Positions 36,199 to 36,435 of a stretch of DNA of 36,435 bases are shown one piece after another. Positions within the stretch are counted from its first letter, which is position 1. Each line of letters starts with the position of its first letter. The position numbers and the translations under genes are program-made. A model generated the notes under the pieces. The model had not been told where the DNA came from. It saw only the letters and a program-made list of their open reading frames with translations, and did no database searches. This DNA comes from Candidatus Sysuimicrobiota bacterium. GTDB lineage: Bacteria > Sysuimicrobiota > Sysuimicrobiia > Sysuimicrobiales > Sysuimicrobiaceae. The stretch is from positions 1 to 36,435 of the forward strand of contig PSLI01000019.1 in NCBI GenBank assembly GCA_040289515.1. Reading direction: 5' to 3'.

Positions 36199-36435
36199 GT
36201 GGGATGTCACAGCCCGTACCGAGAATGGGAGGAGACCTACGAGGTCTTCGGGGTCACGTACCGCCTCGTCTTCCGGGGACCGGTGGAAGAGCCCGCGCGG
36301 TGGGAGGTGGCCGTCCTGGACTTCCAGGGCAGCCCGGTGGTGCCCAGACGGGTGCGGGGGCGGACCGAAGACGAGGCCCGCTGGCGTGCGGAGGAGGCCG
36401 CGCACACCTGGGCTGCGGTGCGGCGGCTGCACGCG
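36199..36435 (+). CDS. Hypothetical protein, truncated by the window edge
   Basis: GGAGG at 36189-36193, then GTG 36199. Open frame MGCHSPYREWEETYEVFGVTYRLVFRG...AAVRRLHA with host-like GC3 codon bias. Not in the ORF track. Confidence 0.65.
   Translation, partial: MGCHSPYREWEETYEVFGVTYRLVFRGPVEEPARWEVAVLDFQGSPVVPRRVRGRTEDEARWRAEEAAHTWAAVRRLHA

Noticed and set aside
1..36435. CRISPR arrays, tandem repeat arrays, prophage or defence genes
   Set aside because: No regularly spaced repeats seen, intergenic gaps are short, and no cas, phage, RT or nuclease motifs were recognised.

Overview
This is a very GC-rich bacterial window, densely coding, with many GTG starts. The solute-binding proteins lack a lipobox. 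A thermophilic Armatimonadota/CSP1-3-like host is only an impression. From left to right: (1) a truncated IS110 transposase tail; (2) a divergent module, UroD-like and GNAT on the minus strand, eIF2B-like and inositol monophosphatase on the plus strand; (3) an FMN riboswitch with extra hairpins controlling a RibU-type ECF S-component; (4) a ~22 kb inositol locus (4.4-26.1 kb) with iolE divergent from iolB-iolC-IclR-iolD, then a Thermotoga IolM-like Zn dehydrogenase, a CUT2 sugar ABC transporter, an IolG-like dehydrogenase, a YfiH-like TIM-barrel enzyme, a Cof/HAD phosphatase, two tandem AfuABC-like ABC transporters and a DAO-family FAD oxidoreductase; (5) tRNA-Ser(GCT); (6) a minus-strand run of SAM methyltransferase, M20 peptidase, DUF309, YyaL/DUF255, enoyl-CoA hydratase, DUF1844 and a TAXI-TRAP system; (7) a partial hypothetical CDS at the right edge. 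The best candidate for an undescribed system is a hybrid pathway for scavenging inositol phosphates and inositol isomers. It joins Bacillus-type and Thermotoga-type enzymes, two sugar-phosphate-type importers with different binding pockets, two phosphatases and an eIF2B-alpha-like protein lacking the isomerase catalytic residues. All family assignments come from motifs recognised by eye and reference sequences recalled from memory; no searches were run.
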